This document shows, one piece after another, positions 41,112-54,861 of a stretch of 64,000 nt of DNA. The stretch's first letter is position 1, and every line of letters starts with the position of its first letter. The translations under genes were made by a program, and so were the position numbers. Under the pieces are notes generated by a model, which did no database searches, had not been told where the DNA came from, and was given only the letters and a program-made list of their open reading frames with translations. The DNA is from Octopus sinensis (lineage: Eukaryota): the NCBI RefSeq assembly GCF_006345805.1, contig NC_043002.1, positions 29,078,001 to 29,142,000 of the forward strand, in the 5' to 3' direction.

Positions 41112-41627
41112 TATCTATATTCTTATATATAGGCATGTATATATATATATATACAAACTTTATAGGTGGTATATATACATATCCACACACAGACACCTGC
41201 ACACATATCTACAGATAAATAGATGACAAATACCCTAATACTAAGAATGAAGATCCACATATGTATTCATGCATATGTGTGTATATATGTGTATGTGCTT
41301 GTATATATGTACCCACGTATGTATGTATATATATATGTGTGTAGGTATGCGTGTGTGTATGAGTGTGTGTGTGTATCGGTGTGCATCTTTGATTACAATC
41401 GAGTGTCTATAAACAAATACATATATGTGTGTGAGTGTATATAAATATATGTATATGTATGTATATATATATATATATGCATATATCTATGTATATATGT
41501 ATACATGCAGACACATATACATACACTTGTCTATATATCTATAAATGGGACGAAAATAGAAGCAATATGTGTGTAAACTGGGATGGTAAATCTGATGGCA
41601 GCTTATGTTGGGTGTGTGTTTGTGTGT

Positions 41628-41679
<52 letters not shown>

Positions 41680-41786
41680 CATACATACGAAGGAATACAT
41701 TGGGTGTGGCTGGATCTGTTTGCACATGTGTATGTATGCATATGTATATACACACACATACGTACATAGAAGTGTTATTATACACA

Positions 41787-41830
<44 letters not shown>

Positions 41831-41998
41831 GACATATTTATATATTTGTGTATATGTCTTTATGGATACGGGTGTGCATTTATGTGGTACTTAAATGTTT
41901 TGGGGTTTCAGGGTAGTTGCATTTATGTATATGCATGTATTACTCGCGAGCTCTGCAGTTTGTGTGCGGTTTCATATGTGTATAAACGCATGTACGTG

Positions 41999-42031
<33 letters not shown>

Positions 42032-43318
42032 ATTTTGGATGTATCATTGGCATAATTGCGTGGGAAACAAATGTCTTTTTGCTGTTCACATCGCTAATAT
42101 CTCTTTATATTGCAATTATTTAAAATACACAGCGGTAACAGTAACAATAGCAAACACAACAACAACAACAACAACAACAACTGAAGCAGCAACAGATACA
42201 GGAATAACAACACCAGCAGCGGTAACAATGTGACAATAACTAGAACTGCAAGAAGAAAACCATCCACAATAATAATTGCTTGTAATGTTAACGCAAGGCC
42301 AGAAATGTTGATGGATGTTATTAGAAATTTATATGAACCCCAGTTTTTGACTGGTACGTTGTCTCTTTTTGACACCGGATGGATGATATTTTCACTTGGC
42401 CTTGGTGAGATTTGAACACAGAACATGAGTGCTGATAAGCCAGAAGAAATTACGTTTTGCCGATGCTCTAACAACTTTGCTACATTGCTTTGACAACAAG
42501 AATAATTCAAAACAAAAGAACTTTCAATTTATCGTTCTGTCTGCTAGAGTCCGCCCCCAAATCTCCCTCAAAACACAGTCTGGTTTCTTGAATAAAGAAG
42601 TCTTTGGAATAAATAATATGGACATGTTGGTTAATGTTTCAGGGCCGGTGAATGTCTTAGATAACAACTTTACTGAACCAAGGTTAATTCAAGATTGGAC
42701 AACTACAACAACAACAATAGAAATATATACTCAGAGTTTCACGTTCGAGACCTCTACTCGATTGCTAGGTATGCTAGAAATAGCAGTCAAACACCCGTGA
42801 AATTACATAGTAACGTCATGCAAAAAGGGAAACGCTCACAGCTTGAATGCTAATGATCATAATTTTGCTCAGACGTAGTTGGCTTTGAGTGAGCAGTAAT
42901 AACAACAATAATAACGACAATAACAACAACAATGCCGACAAGAATAATACATATATACATCAAAATACACAGATGTATATCCATCTATGTATTTTGATGT
43001 ATATATGTATATTGGTGGTTTAGTATGCATATATACTATTGTAAAATATTTTAATTTTTAATGTATTAATTGTATTAATCGAATTATATTTCATATATCA
43101 TTATTGCCAATATGTATTTTGAATCCGCTCTTCGATTTAAGGTTTTTCTTTGATTTTTTTTTAATAAAAGGAAGAATTTATATAGAATTCATTTATATTG
43201 TTTATTTTGTTTATCGCATGCTTAAGACAGTTATTTGAATGGACCAATGAAACAAATCCATTTTTAAAGGTGTATCCTTTAACTAGTTTTTATCACATCG
43301 TTACTTCTGTTCTATTTT

Positions 43319-43359
43319 AACAAAACTGTCCGACGAACGGGAACGTGAAACTCTGAGTA
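43319..43359 (+). ncRNA. Truncated hammerhead-like motif (H1)
   Basis: AACAAAACTGT-CCGACGA-ACG GGAA CGT-GAAA-CTCTGAG-TA then (TA)n. Confidence 0.5.
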
Positions 43360-43439
43360 TATATATATATATATATAAAATTATGCGCGTGTTTGTTTCT
43401 GTAATTCATCAAAGCAAAGCAGGTGTTGAACAATTATAA

Positions 43440-43760
43440 AATGTTTTCGAGGTAGCCTGCTTACCTTTCGCTGCGATTCTTCCAGCGGTCATCGATGGCC
43501 ACTCATCGTTTGGCCTGAACCATCTCTTGAGCCTACTGAATGATCACGTCGGTGGTGGAGGTCTTTGGATGTCCTGAACCCTATTCGTACATCACACTTG
43601 TAAAATTTTTAAAGTTCTCGATCCACTCATACACTTTTCTAAGCGATAGAGCGCTACCCCTGTATTGCTTAAAAATCACGATGAATTTTAGCCCCTGAAA
43701 TATCTTCCGATCAGAGAAATTTGATCATTGATCCCTATTATTCCAGCAGAGTGGCCATGT
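43440..43760 (-). pseudogene. Mariner transposase N-terminal (HTH) fragment
   Basis: SMIKFL*SEDISGAKIHR...QYRGSALSLRKVYEWIENFKN and SGHPKTSTTDVIIQ*AQEMVQAKR*VAID resemble the mariner N-terminus. Confidence 0.7.
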
Positions 43761-44652
43761 GTACTCTGTAACTCAAGAAAGAAAACAGGAGTTATTAAGG
43801 TCAAACCTCAGTTATTTAGTCACCTGGTTACCGCATTTAATCACGCGAGTGCTGAAGACAGTGCGGCCAACCTAAAATAAGTTTTGGCGAACATACTGAT
43901 AAGTTTTGACTTCCTCCGCGCGCACAATGACAGACAAACACACATACACACACACACAAACACACAAACACACACACACACGTGCTCTCGCATATATATA
44001 TATATATATATGTTTGTATGTAGATACATATATCTGTATGTGTCAGTTTATATCTATTGATTCAGTACAAAATTTCAAATATTTAGGTGAGGCTCTTCTG
44101 GTCTGACTGTCAGTCTCAGTAACATGTATGTATACACTGTAGAATTTACCAAAAAAAAAAAAAAACGAACGATACCATTAAAAATACAGAGAAAGACAAA
44201 AAGGACGGCTCTGTGTCTTTACCATGGATATATCCCTTCAAACATCATAACTGTTCAAAAAATTTATATAACTCACAATTTCCCCATTTCGTCATTCATT
44301 TACGTCATATATATTATATATAACAGGTTGTAAAGATGGGTTAATGTGTATTTTATCTATAGACGTATCAGTGCTTATTCGGTGTCTCTCCTTTTAAATA
44401 TTTTGACTATTACGATTTCTGACGTAACTGGTTACCAAGGTTGACAATCAGGCAAGAACGGACTTACCTAAACATTTCAAACTCTGTACTGAATCATTAC
44501 ACATAGAAAAACACATATGAACGACATACATATACACACACATACACATACACATCAACACACACACACGCACATATATTCATACATGCAAACATGCGTA
44601 CTTATATATACGTAAGTGAATATATATTTATTTACGTATATACATGTGTGTA

Positions 44653-44707
<55 letters not shown>

Positions 44708-44834
44708 CTGTGTGTGTACCTATTTTTGTCTACTCTCAGATTCTTTATATCTGACGTGTCGATATGAATCGTTGTAGCAAAAATCAGTGGTGGGTATAAG
44801 TTCTATAGAGTATCTATAGAAATATAGTATGTAT

Positions 44835-45619
44835 ATATAGAATAAAACTTATATACAAAGAACGTGAAATTCACGAATTGACAAACACGGAAAAACGGAC
44901 AGTAATTCAGAGCCTTCATTCTTCAGTCAGAAACCGATTCATCATGGCAAATTTCGGCTGTTTAATTCTGAGATTTGCTCCGAAAGCCCCCCCAAGGAAA
45001 GCTAACTATGGCATTATATTTGCTTGGTAGAAGGAAGAATGTAACAACAGAGACGAACAGAAAAACAGAGACGAAGATAAAATTTACAGTAACGAATAAA
45101 ACCGGAATGATACGGGGGCGTCATACGACTTTAGACAAATGAGACAAACAATGATCAGCAGCGTAGGAAACGGTTACCTTTTCGGTAGTGAGACGGCATT
45201 GGAATGGCTTAGCAGTAGTAGGTTTGCAAGAAGGTGAGAGAGAAAGAGAGAGGGGGGATTGAGGAGGGCCGAGAAGTGACCAAGAGAGAGAGAGAGAAAG
45301 AAAGAATTAAAGAGGGTGAGAGGAGAAAGGGGCGCCAAAATAACTTGGTAAAGAAGCGCCAAAATTCCTTGAGAAAGAAGCAATGGCGGATGATGAAAGG
45401 GGAGTTTAAAGTTGAAGACATCGTGCAATAGGGGAGATATGGCAAACATAAATGGACTGGTGCACGTGCGCTGCGATAATATAGAATAAAACTTATATAT
45501 AAAGAACGTGAAATTCACGAATTGACAAACACGGAAAAACGGACAGTAATTCAGAGCCTTCATTCTTCAGTCAGAAACCGATTCATCATGGCAAATTTCG
45601 GCTGTTTAATTCTGAGATT
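44835..45619. mobile_element. 785-bp element bounded by 141-bp direct repeats
   Basis: 44835-44975 and 45479-45619 differ at one position by eye. Confidence 0.6.
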
Positions 45620-45625
45620 ATATAT

Positions 45626-45851
45626 CTCTCTTTCTCTTTCTCTTTTACTTGTTTCAGTCATTTGACTGCGGCCATGCTGGAGCACCGCCTTTTTTTTTAG
45701 TCGAGCAAATCGACCCCGGGACTTATTCTTTGTAAGCCCAGTACTTATTCTATCGGTCTCTATTGCCGAACCGCTAAGTGACGGGGACGTAAACACACCA
45801 GCATCGGTTGCCAAGCAATGCTTGGGGGACAAACACAGACACACAAAACAT

Positions 45852-45882
<31 letters not shown>

Positions 45883-46055
45883 CATATATACGACAGGCTT
45901 CTTTCAGTTTCCGTCTACCAAATCCACTCACAAGGCATTAGTCGGCCCGAGGCTATAGCAGAAGACACTTGCCCAAGATGCCACGCAGTAAGGACTGAAC
46001 CCGGAACCATGTGGTTGGTTAGCAAGCTACTTACCACACAGCCACTCCTGCGCCT
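45626..46055 (-). mobile_element. SINE family A, full copy
   Basis: Reverse complement of 6883-7331. Confidence 0.9.
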
Positions 46056-46182
46056 ATATGTATATATACATATATATACATACTATATTTCTATATATAT
46101 GTATATATATGTATATATATGTATATATATATATATCTATATATATATAATATATATATATACTATATAGTATAATATATTA

Positions 46183-46549
46183 TCTCTATATATAAACGGT
46201 AGTTTGTCTGTGCGTGTTTCTGTGTGTCTGTTTGCTTGTACCCTCACCCTGACCACGGCTTTCAACCGATTCTGATGAAACTTGACACACACATAGCCCA
46301 ATGTCATAATTCAAAACTAACGCAGCGAAAATTTTGAAAAGTTCCCCCAGTTCTGAAAAAAATCGATAAAATCGACATGGGGTCGAGAATCAGAAACAAA
46401 CCAGACTGTCTAGGGGACGCAACTCAACCTTTTTTAACTCAAAAAAAAATTTACCATAATTTTTTTGCTATTTTTTGGCTATAACTCTCTAAAAATGCTT
46501 TATAGTTATTTCCCTTACAAACCTGAGCAACGCCGGGCGATACTGCTAG
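46183..46549 (+). mobile_element. Non-autonomous Helitron, second copy
   Basis: A|TC start, shared 5' ~210 bp, 3' CCTGAGCAACGCCGGG...CTAG. Confidence 0.75.
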
Positions 46550-46551
46550 AG

Positions 46552-46590
<39 letters not shown>

Positions 46591-47244
46591 TGTGTGTGTG
46601 TGAATGTGTGTATGTATCTATAAATATGTATGTATATATGTTTGTATATATATATATACAATTTAAATAATTTAATATATATAAATAATTTAATGGTCAC
46701 GTTTTCTCCAGGGGAAAAGAGCGTTAGATTATCTCGAGACTAGGAGACAGCTATGCTCGCTTATTTCTGCTTCAATATGCATCACCATCATACCAACTTT
46801 TCTTTCCACCCAATCTTCAGCAGACGAAATATTTTGTCAAATGAAAAATGGAGTGGAAATCATTTATGGTTCCGACGATTTGCACAAATGAATGAAAATA
46901 AATTGATGAAGATGACTCAAACTGATGAATGGCATATGTTTGGACATGAGAGTCGAATAAGTATACATAACAGAACGTGCAAGATAAATTCTTGATTTGT
47001 TCTAATCAACTCCGATCGCCTCAGGCGGTCGAACACCGACAATGTTGCAAGTTATGTACCTGTAAGTGCTATTACAACGAAGTAACAACCTGGCATTTGA
47101 TTTAAATTTAGTAGATACAATGACATATTAGGCCACACAGTATGTATGTATGTATGTATGATTTTACACATACATACATACATACATACATACATACATA
47201 CATACATACATACATACATACATACATACATACATACACAGTTC

Positions 47245-47395
47245 TAATTTACAGAAAACAAAAGATGAAGACAGGTGAGCGAACAACAAGCAGGGACATT
47301 ACTTTGACGATCGTCAAAAATTTGACATTTCGAGCCTACGCTCTTACACAGAAGGGATTGAGAGAGAAAAAATACTGAGAGTACGAGAAAAAAAT
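47245..47395 (-). mobile_element. Family H3 copy
   Basis: rc CTTCTGTGTAAGAGCGTAGGCTCGAAATGTCAAA and CACCTGTCTTCATCTTTTG match 30300-30560. Confidence 0.6.
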
Positions 47396-48162
47396 GTGTC
47401 GGAATTAACGGATCAATACGATGAATATATAAATATATATATACTTATCTATCTTTGAAAGCACGTATCTTATTGGTTAAAGTATTCGGCTCACGATCGT
47501 ATCGTCGTGAGTTCAATTCAAAGAGAGTGTAGGTAATCATCAACTTACTAATTGTAAAGACTATCGAAAGAAGTTTTTTTTTTGGCAGTAAACAAAGTTA
47601 ACATAGAGTTGAATACAGAATCTCAAAAACTTTATATAACTTCCTTGCTAACGCTGAAAGGTTTGAAAAATTCTAAAAGAAAAGAAAAAAACCCCGAAAA
47701 GTCTAACTAGACCGTTTTTGCAACTATAGACACGCTCATGATAAAGCTGATACATACATGCATATTTACATAATATGCAAGTATACATACTTACATGCAT
47801 ACATACATACATACATACATTCGTACGTACATACATACATTCGTACGTACATACATGCATACATACATACATCATACATACATACATACATACATACATA
47901 CATACATACATACATACGTCCATACATACATATATATATACATGCATACTTACCTACAGAAATATATATGTATTTATATTTATATGTATATGTAAATATA
48001 TATATATATATATATATCCATGTATAAATTATACATATATATGTATGTATGTGTATGTGTGTGTGGATGTGTGAGTGTGCGTGGTGCGTGCTTCTATGTT
48101 TATAATACGTTTAAATGTAGTTATGTATTTATATATTTGTGTGTGTACGCGCGTGTGTGTGC

Positions 48163-48193
<31 letters not shown>

Positions 48194-48781
48194 GGAATGT
48201 GTATATATATTAGTGTACAAAAATTCCTGTGCAAACCAGAAATATATCATACTCTAGATAAAAAGGAACCAGGGAGAGATGGTGAAATTTTGTCGCTGAA
48301 TAACAATGAAAATTACAGGAATAATCAGACGGAAACTTAACTCAAATAATATAGCCTGAAACTGTAAAGAATTAAGGATTTTCAAAGATTATAGAGCAAT
48401 AAAACTGTGGTAAGCAGCTTTTAGAGTCATCAACTTAGCAAATATATTGGTAAAAAGAGATCTGAAGATATATCTCTATGTATGTGTCATAGTGAATATG
48501 TGTGTGTATGTGTGAATGTGAGTGTGTGCGTGCGTGTATGTATTTGTGCGTTTATATATATTTGTTTGTAAATAGGTATATACGTATTTTTTCTATGTTT
48601 ATATGTTTGTTGCTATACATGCATATATATATACATATATATACATATATATATATATACGTATATATACGAACTGAAGCATATACATACACATAGACAG
48701 ACAGACAAACAAACAGACACACACACAAATGAATGTGCATATACATATATGTGTGTATGTGTGTGTGTATGTATATATCTA

Positions 48782-48812
<31 letters not shown>

Positions 48813-49403
48813 GCATATGTATATATTCATGTGTATGTGTATGTAGGTATGTATACATTTATGTATGCATACGTACATAAACACATACAAATATGCGTGT
48901 GTATTCGAGCAAAGAGAGAGAGAGAGAGAGGGTGAATACGCGAGAAAGATATAAGTGACATAAATACACAACTAGAGTGGGTGAGTTTTAGTGAAGGAGA
49001 CCAAATAAAAGAGGGGAGTACGGGGAATATCTAGTGATTGCTGCATCAATCTGATAGAGATCAAAGGAATTGCTTTAAAGTGATGCCGAGAAAATTCTTA
49101 ACTAAGGCTGGGAAAACGCTATTGGTAGGCTATTGAAATTAACGCTAAAGATGGAGTTGCGAATACTGCTAGGATTTCACTGGTCTTGATCTGGACAAAA
49201 CTGGCCTTGAGTGGACTTGAATAGCCTTCATTGACCTCTTAATGTACTGTTCTCTATTGGTCTAACTGTCGAGGGCTGATGGACTTCTGGGGGGTAATTT
49301 ACAGAATAAAAGGAAATAAACTGCTGAGATACTAATATGTGTATGAATAAAGGAGTCGATGTATCTGCCGGTCTTTCTCTCTCTCACTCAATCACACACA
49401 CAC

Positions 49404-49441
<38 letters not shown>

Positions 49442-49485
49442 GCATACATAAATACATAAATACATACATACATACACATACACAT

Positions 49486-49789
49486 GAATTTGCTACTAAT
49501 TCAAATATACTTGCGATATATTCAAACGCGTAAGAAAGCCATTTACTGTATTTCATCATGGAGAAAATTTTTTACTCCAAGAAAATCGGTGTAAACACCA
49601 CAAATGAGTTCGCATTGGCCCCTACCATCAACAGAACATCAATTTGGGTAGAAGTCGCTCCGAGTCGACTTAGTGTTTTTACACCAATTTGTCACCAGCG
49701 AGAATTTTTTCTCTAAGACAATGTTCAGTGAATGGCTTTCTTATAGGTTAGTATATATCTCAAGCGTTTTCGAACTACTAACGAGTTAA
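49486..49789. mobile_element. Old long-TIR MITE, possibly piggyBac-type
   Basis: ~115-bp diverged inverted arms (TAAGAAAGCCATTTACTG / CAGTGAATGGCTTTCTTA); TTAA at the right end. Confidence 0.5.
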
Positions 49790-50605
49790 TACTTATACAC
49801 TTCCCTGTTTAACGCTTCTAAATCATGTATAGATATGTACATACATACAAACATAGTTACGTACATATGCACATACATACATACGCACATACATACATAC
49901 ATACATACACACATACATACATATACGTAATTCAGCCCCAAGGAGTCTGATATGTGCTCTCTGCTTCCATCTAACAGAAATAGCTGTGTACAAGTTTCGT
50001 TAAACGTGTGTCGTCAAACAGATTGTTTCATAAGATACGTGAGATGAAACTTGGAAATCGCAAACACTCTACATGATTAATATATATATATATATATATA
50101 GATATATATATATATATATATATATACATACATAATACATACATACACACAAACACACACATATATACATATATTCCATCTCTTATGTACCTGCCTTTAG
50201 GCTTTCACTTCATACACGCCAGCTCAATTCAATTCATTCTCAGTCGAAAGACACCTGTTGTTATTTTCCTGTTGTTTGTATTCGTAATTGTATAGCATGT
50301 TCTCCATTTTTCGTCTTTTTGTGTACCATGTTCTCCGTTTCTGTCTTTGTTGCCGTATACATTCCCTAGCTTTCGTACGAAGGGGTCTAATGCTCTTAGC
50401 TTAGATGTTTAGGGGAAACCAGATCGAACCGTCTCAAGTATAACTGTCTGAAATGGTCGTAACTTCTGGGACTTGACTAAGGAAGGAAAGCCACAAATGA
50501 TCTGTCTTTTTTTGCCTATCCTTCTAATACTTGCTTCTCTTGTCCGCCTTGTACCGTCTATCTCTCCGAATCTTTTATTGTACTCTATTGCGTTTTTTGT
50601 TCCTG

Positions 50606-50649
<44 letters not shown>

Positions 50650-50687
50650 TATAGATATATATATAAAATATATAATATATATAGATA

Positions 50688-50742
<55 letters not shown>

Positions 50743-50764
50743 TGTGTGTATGTATATATATATG

Positions 50765-51230
50765 AGATATACAATAATTTACACATGGAAAACTCTAGAA
50801 GGGCTAGTATCTAATTTCGGCATTTTGTGTTTTAGAATCGGCAGAACTTGCGGCCATTGTATCGTACCAAAGGTTCCATCCACACCATTTAAATTCATGA
50901 CCAGGTACTGCAATAATCTAGGGTTCGAAGGCCCACAGCTTTTCTAAGCCCTGCGACAAAAATTAAGAATTCTGCACAAGGTGGAAGTAGATGTCTTCAA
51001 AAAGGAACTGCACACCCACCTCTCCACAATACCAGATGTACCAAAAGCCCAATAAAAAGTGCAGACGAGGGCAGCGGTAGCAAACTCCCTTATGCCCCAA
51101 TGGGCCAACAGCTGGGACAGAGGCACATACAGGAGTGGTGATGTGAAACACGTCAGGCTGATGAAATCTGAAGAATCACGGTGATGCTCCAACATGACCG
51201 CATCCACACGACTGAAACGAGTAGTAAATG
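50765..51230 (+). pseudogene. 3' end of a CR1/L2-group LINE (ORF2 C-terminus plus 3' UTR)
   Basis: RYTIIYTWKTLEGLVSNFG...GHCIVPKVP...YCNNLGFEGPQLF*...VEVDVFKKEL...IPDVP, typical CR1-group ORF2 end; 5'-truncated at (TA)n. Confidence 0.75.
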
Positions 51231-51313
51231 TGGAAAATAGTAATAATGTAAGTACACACACTCACACACACACACACACACACATATATATGACATAACA
51301 TACACACACTCAC

Positions 51314-51354
<41 letters not shown>

Positions 51355-51359
<5 letters not shown>

Positions 51360-51610
51360 ATATAGAATATATCCAAATTTACATGATTAGGATAAATCCA
51401 ATTTTATAGTAAAATATTTAAATATATATGAGACAAAACAATTTGCAAAACAAACAAGGAAAGATAGACATATTAATATAGTCAAACCGCCACTACAAGT
51501 CTTGATCGACAATCTTGTGGACTTCCAATAATCAGTTACAAATTATAAATTTTATGTATGGATAAGTCTTCCTTGTTGGTTTTGCAAAAATAGTGGTTTT
51601 GTCTCAAATA

Positions 51611-51620
<10 letters not shown>
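51355..51620. mobile_element. Family H2 copy with inverted partial arm
   Basis: 51355-51540 matches 34747-34992 with deletions; 51544-51620 is the reverse complement of part of the same element. Confidence 0.7.
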
Positions 51621-51673
<53 letters not shown>

Positions 51674-52652
51674 ATATATATATATATATATCTAACATTA
51701 AATAATTATATGATATTATAATACGTATATGTACATACATCAATACGTATATGTATATATTTGCATATGTGGACACAGGACGTCATGAAACGTATACAAC
51801 AAAAATGTACGAAGCAAGAGTACATAGAACTATTCTTTCGAACAATGGAAGACACAGATGGAAAACAAAAAAAAAAACATAAAGAACAGCATTTCGTCAG
51901 TTGTTTTTTCTAGTCTCGTATTTCGAGCATTTAACAAGATACACATTCGATTAAACAGTTGCTCCAGCAAAGCAAATTAAATAAAATTTGGAATATTGCA
52001 GAGGGTGAAAATAGGTAACACAAACAAGGCAATGAAAGTAAAAAAGAAGGGCTGCTATGCCTAAACGAGGTTGTGGTGGCGAACGTGTAAATCAAGCTAG
52101 GACAGGAGACAAACAAGAACACGTCTTCTTTGTTCCAGCTACAACGGAGAGAAAGAAAGATAGCCGATGGTCAAGTGGGAGCCACGTGAGCAAGTGAGGA
52201 GGAAGGAGAGAAAGAGAGTGAGGGAGTAATAGGATAGGATAGTGGGAGAAGAGTAGGAAAAAGAATAAGAGATTAAAAAGGAAAGAAAAAGAAAGAGTAA
52301 AAAGATCTATAGAGTGCGCATCAGAATTATTAAAATAAAACATACTTGGAAGAGGATGCTTGCGTTCAAACACTAATAATATAAATAATATATACTATAT
52401 ACATACATATACATATATATATATATATATAGATATATATATATAATATATATATATAATATATATGCATATATACGTATATAGTATATATAATATACAT
52501 ATGCATATGAAACGTGAACAACAAAAAAAGTACGAAGCACGAGTACATGGAACAAGAACTGTTCTTTCGAACTACGAAAGACACAAATGGAAATGGAATA
52601 TAGATTTATACATACATATATATATAATATATATATATATTATATATATATA

Positions 52653-52721
52653 CCGGAGTAAAACACACATAAATGTGAAACAAGGTGGAAAAAACGGTAC
52701 TCAAATACCAGTGGTAGAGTA
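52653..52721 (-). mobile_element. Family H1 terminal fragment
   Basis: (TA)n-CCGGAGTAA...CTCAAATACCAGTGGTAGAGTAA-(TA)n. Confidence 0.7.
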
Positions 52722-52726
52722 AAAAA

Positions 52727-52761
<35 letters not shown>

Positions 52762-53619
52762 TATATATCAATTATAATATGTAGATATATATTATGTTTA
52801 ATGTATATAGATATATATTATATAAAATAGGTAAATATATCATACATAATCATCAAAAATATTAATACGCTTTTTCTTTTTGTACGTACCTGTAGTGTCC
52901 GTCACACTTCAGAGTAGTAAAGCGAGAGAGAGAGTAAGACAGAGAGGAAGTAAGAAAGAGAGAGAGAGAGGGTGAGAGAGAAAGGGAGATTGAGAGAGAA
53001 AGGGAGAGTGTGTTTTTAAATGTTTATCACATCGCAAGAGAAGTAGATACATAGATACATATACACAAAAGCAGGAGAGAAGATGGACACAAAGGAAGTG
53101 AAAGAGAAAGAGTGAAAGTGAGAGAGACAGTAGATACATAAATCCAAAGGCAAGTTCATACATAGATACATACACTCAGCAAATATTGAATGCCAATTTC
53201 ACTTTTCATTACTAAACGAGGATAAAATTAACTCACAAATGGCTGAGTACTCCACAGACATGCATAACATTAACGTAGTTCTCAGGGAGTTTCAGCTTCA
53301 CACAGAATATGACAAGGCTGACTCCTTTGAATTACAGCTACAACTCGAGACATATATATATATGAATGTTTACAATTTAGGTTAGATAAAAGTGTCCTGT
53401 GGTGGAAATAAACGCAATTACCAAACTTTCATTCATAAATCCATTTATTATTTCGTTCTTTTGCATTTCAATTTGTACATTAAATTTCTTTGAATATGTA
53501 CGATGTATTTTAAGGTTAAATTGTGATGCAGTTTACGTTTGTGCAACTAAAATATTTTGGTTATTTAGTCATTGGTGTTACATTAATTTCTATATTCTGT
53601 AAGTATCACAATATACTTT

Positions 53620-53765
53620 TCTAGGCCTGAATTTTTTGTGGGGAGGGGGCCAATTACTTGGATCGACCTCAGTACACAACTGATACTTAATTTATCGATC
53701 CCGAAAAGACGAAATGCAAAGTGCATCTCAGCAGAATTTGGACTCTGAACGTAAAGACAGACGGT
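53620..53765 (-). mobile_element. SINE family B, diverged
   Basis: GATCGACCTCAGTACACAACTGATACTTAATTTATCGATCCCGAAAAG. Confidence 0.7.
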
Positions 53766-54830
53766 CATAATATACAAGCATTTCTCATGGCACCCGTACA
53801 CTGTTTACAGATGCTTACACTTTTTATGTTTTCCGTGAATTTTTCACGGGTCCAGCTAGTATATATAAATACACACACGTGCGCACATACACATACATAC
53901 GCGCATGCACGCACACGCGTGCACGTAAATACACCCCTACACACACTAGTTTTTTTATTGTATTTAAATGAAAAGTTGTAACGTACAAGTTGAATTAGGT
54001 TTAGGTTGCAAGAGAGATTAATAACGATGTGAGGTAATACCAATCATGTTTAACTATTGTATGGAAATTTATGTTTCTTTTCTTTTTCTCCCTTAAGAGA
54101 CTAACATCGGAATCCCGAAATTATTTTAAAATCACCTGTACTTTTCTAACTTAAATGTGATAATTTAGAAGTAAAATTAGTTGATGTATATTTGTGTTGA
54201 GTACAAGTAAAACTTACTCTCATTTTGTTAATGATCGTAATAATCTATGCAATGCACTTTATGAGATATTCACATCCTAAATTTTTTTAGCTTGGTTTAG
54301 CACATATCTCTGTCCAAGTCGATTATAAATCCAGAATGCATAAGTCCAATAGTTACCTATTAACAAATTTCAGGAAGTTCGCTGTTTGGACTCCCTGATG
54401 AGGCAAAGAAGAAACACAGAAATAAAATTTTGTCACAGGAGAGAATAGTAAATTTGTAAGATAGTAGCAATCATGTTTTCTTTAATTTGGTTTATCGAAA
54501 ATTCTTTTTGTTATATTCCTCACTGGAGATTAATAGCCAAGTCAAGAATTACAAATAATTACCTATTCGTTGTATTATTTTCTGAGTTATACTTCAATTA
54601 AGATAATATATATATACTCCGCTGAGTACGTGAGTCATATTATTCTATAGTAAATATTTGCCGAAATTTCAGTCAGCTATTCGTAGAGAAATACGTTTTC
54701 GTTCAAAATAAGATACATTTTCACAAGACACATATCCATGCACGCTCATTCAGATATGCATATAAAGAGATATAAATAAACACACACACACACAAGCACA
54801 CACAAGCACACACACACAAGCACACACACA

Positions 54831-54861
<31 letters not shown>

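Noticed and set aside
42230-42800. ORFs of 61 and 123 aa as exons
   Set aside because: No recognisable motif, they include microsatellite and repeat-like sequence, and no convincing splice sites were seen
44900-44940. Minus-strand CTGAAGA...GAAT...GTC in the 141-bp repeat as a hammerhead
   Set aside because: Stems I and II could not be paired convincingly
54390-54425. CTGATGA-GGCAAAGAA-GAAAC as a hammerhead
   Set aside because: Core words are present but there is no stem I, II or III pairing
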